From: an uncultured archaeon
GTDB taxonomy: Archaea; Iainarchaeota; Iainarchaeia; Iainarchaeales; 1-14-0-10-31-34
Assembly (NCBI GenBank): GCA_964442255.1
Contig: CAYTYC010000006.1
Location: forward strand, 1 to 57,177
Reading direction: 5' to 3'
DNA: 57,177 bases
Positions 56,284-57,177 of the stretch are shown here, one piece after another (the stretch's first letter is position 1; the number at the start of each line of letters is the position of its first letter). Below the pieces are notes generated by a model. The model ran no database searches, had not been told where the DNA came from, and worked only from the letters and a program-made list of their open reading frames with translations. The translations under genes were made by a program, and so were the position numbers.

Positions 56284-56988
56284 ATGCCTGAATCCCCTGC
56301 CCTCAGCGGGCCTGTTGACCTGGTTGACTTGATTGAGCAGCCCGCGTGGAAAACCATTCTCCTGAATTTGGTTGAAAGCGAGAAAATGGACCCGTGGGAC
56401 ATTGACGTGTGCGAGCTGGCGGATAAATACCTCCAAAAAATCAATTCCCTGGGCGGAACCGATCTCCGCCTGCCGGCAAACGCAATTCTGGCTTCCGCGA
56501 TTTTGCTGAAAACAAAGGCGCGTTTCCTGCGCCTTTCCTCTTTGGATGAGGAAGAGCAGCAAAAGGAAGTGGAAAAGTTCATTGAAGAATTTATCCCGGA
56601 GCTCCAGAACCCGCGCAGGCTAAAGGAAGGCCGCGTAACTTTGGATTCTTTGGTTGACGTGATTGAAAGGATGGTGGAGTCCAGCAAGAAAAGAAAGGAC
56701 CCCGCTTACCGGGGAGAGGAGCTGAGGTTTGACATCCCTTTCCCTGACGAAAACATTGAGGAAAAAATTGAGCTCATTTATGAAAAGGTGAAGGCGCTTG
56801 CGGATTCGCAGGGTTTGGTGCTGTTCTCCAAGCTCTTGGATCAAAGAAACCCGAATGAAATGGTGAACACATTCATTCCGCTGCTTTTCCTTGCAGGAAA
56901 CGACAAAATCTCCCTGTTGCAGGAGGAATTTTTTGGGGAGATTTTTATCAGCCTGAACAAAAAAAACGGGGACATCCGGGAAGTTTAA
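56284..56988 (+). CDS. scpA: Segregation/condensation protein A (kleisin)
   Basis: MDPWDID, AILLKTK, VTLDSL, FIPLLFLA..LLQEEFFGEI. Confidence 0.88.
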   Translation: MPESPALSGPVDLVDLIEQPAWKTILLNLVESEKMDPWDIDVCELADKYLQKINSLGGTDLRLPANAILASAILLKTKARFLRLSSLDEEEQQKEVEKFIEEFIPELQNPRRLKEGRVTLDSLVDVIERMVESSKKRKDPAYRGEELRFDIPFPDENIEEKIELIYEKVKALADSQGLVLFSKLLDQRNPNEMVNTFIPLLFLAGNDKISLLQEEFFGEIFISLNKKNGDIREV

Positions 56989-57016
56989 CCCCGCCATCCC
57001 GCAAAAAACATAACTA

Positions 57017-57122
57017 TGACATCCTTCCACGGCTAAAGCCGTGGGTTTCCCTGAATTCGTTGAGGCTGTCTTTTTCCGTTAAAGGCGAAGCCGCATGGCG
57101 TAAGCCACTTGCCGAAGGCAGT
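57017..57122 (-). mobile_element. IS200/IS605-type right end with omega-RNA-like upstream segment
   Basis: Minus strand ACTGCCTTCGGCAAGTGGCTTACGCC..GGAAACCCACGGC-TTTA-GCCGTGGAAGGATGTCA; no tnpB-like frame in the remaining 55 nt. Confidence 0.72.
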
Positions 57123-57177
57123 TTTTTAATCAAACTTTTTTTTTAAAAAGTTTGTTTTGATGAAACTTTTTTGAAAA

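Overview
Archaeal chromosome segment from a draft assembly (one 10-N gap and three 100-N gaps). Diphthine synthase, Trm5, NucS, KaiC/RAD55, Lhr, TATA-type promoters and a Lys-rich proteome indicate an archaeon; a DPANN lineage such as Iainarchaeota/Diapherotrites is my inference, not a tested assignment. Most of the window is housekeeping: argG (partial), prs, eno, a Fur-headed iron/oxidative-stress operon, a bacterial-style folate/purine/thymidylate cluster, pyruvate:ferredoxin oxidoreductase, purS-purL-purQ, DNA repair and nucleoside metabolism. The standout is a split, secreted Rhs system at 37.2-44.2 kb: a 1.5k-aa SpvB/YD-repeat shell protein lacking the Rhs core, translationally coupled to a second signal-peptide protein carrying FN3-like and Cys-rich modules, the Rhs core (DPFG) and an unknown 217-aa tail, followed by an orphan gene. 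Other notable items: a Tat-signal L,D-transpeptidase, an unannotated tandem array of micro zinc-finger ORFs in the Fur operon, two IS200/IS605-type right ends without visible transposase, an H1/protamine-like repeat protein, and tandem repeats that sit on gene junctions. All calls are by eye from motifs; no searches were run. No tRNA, rRNA or CRISPR array was found.
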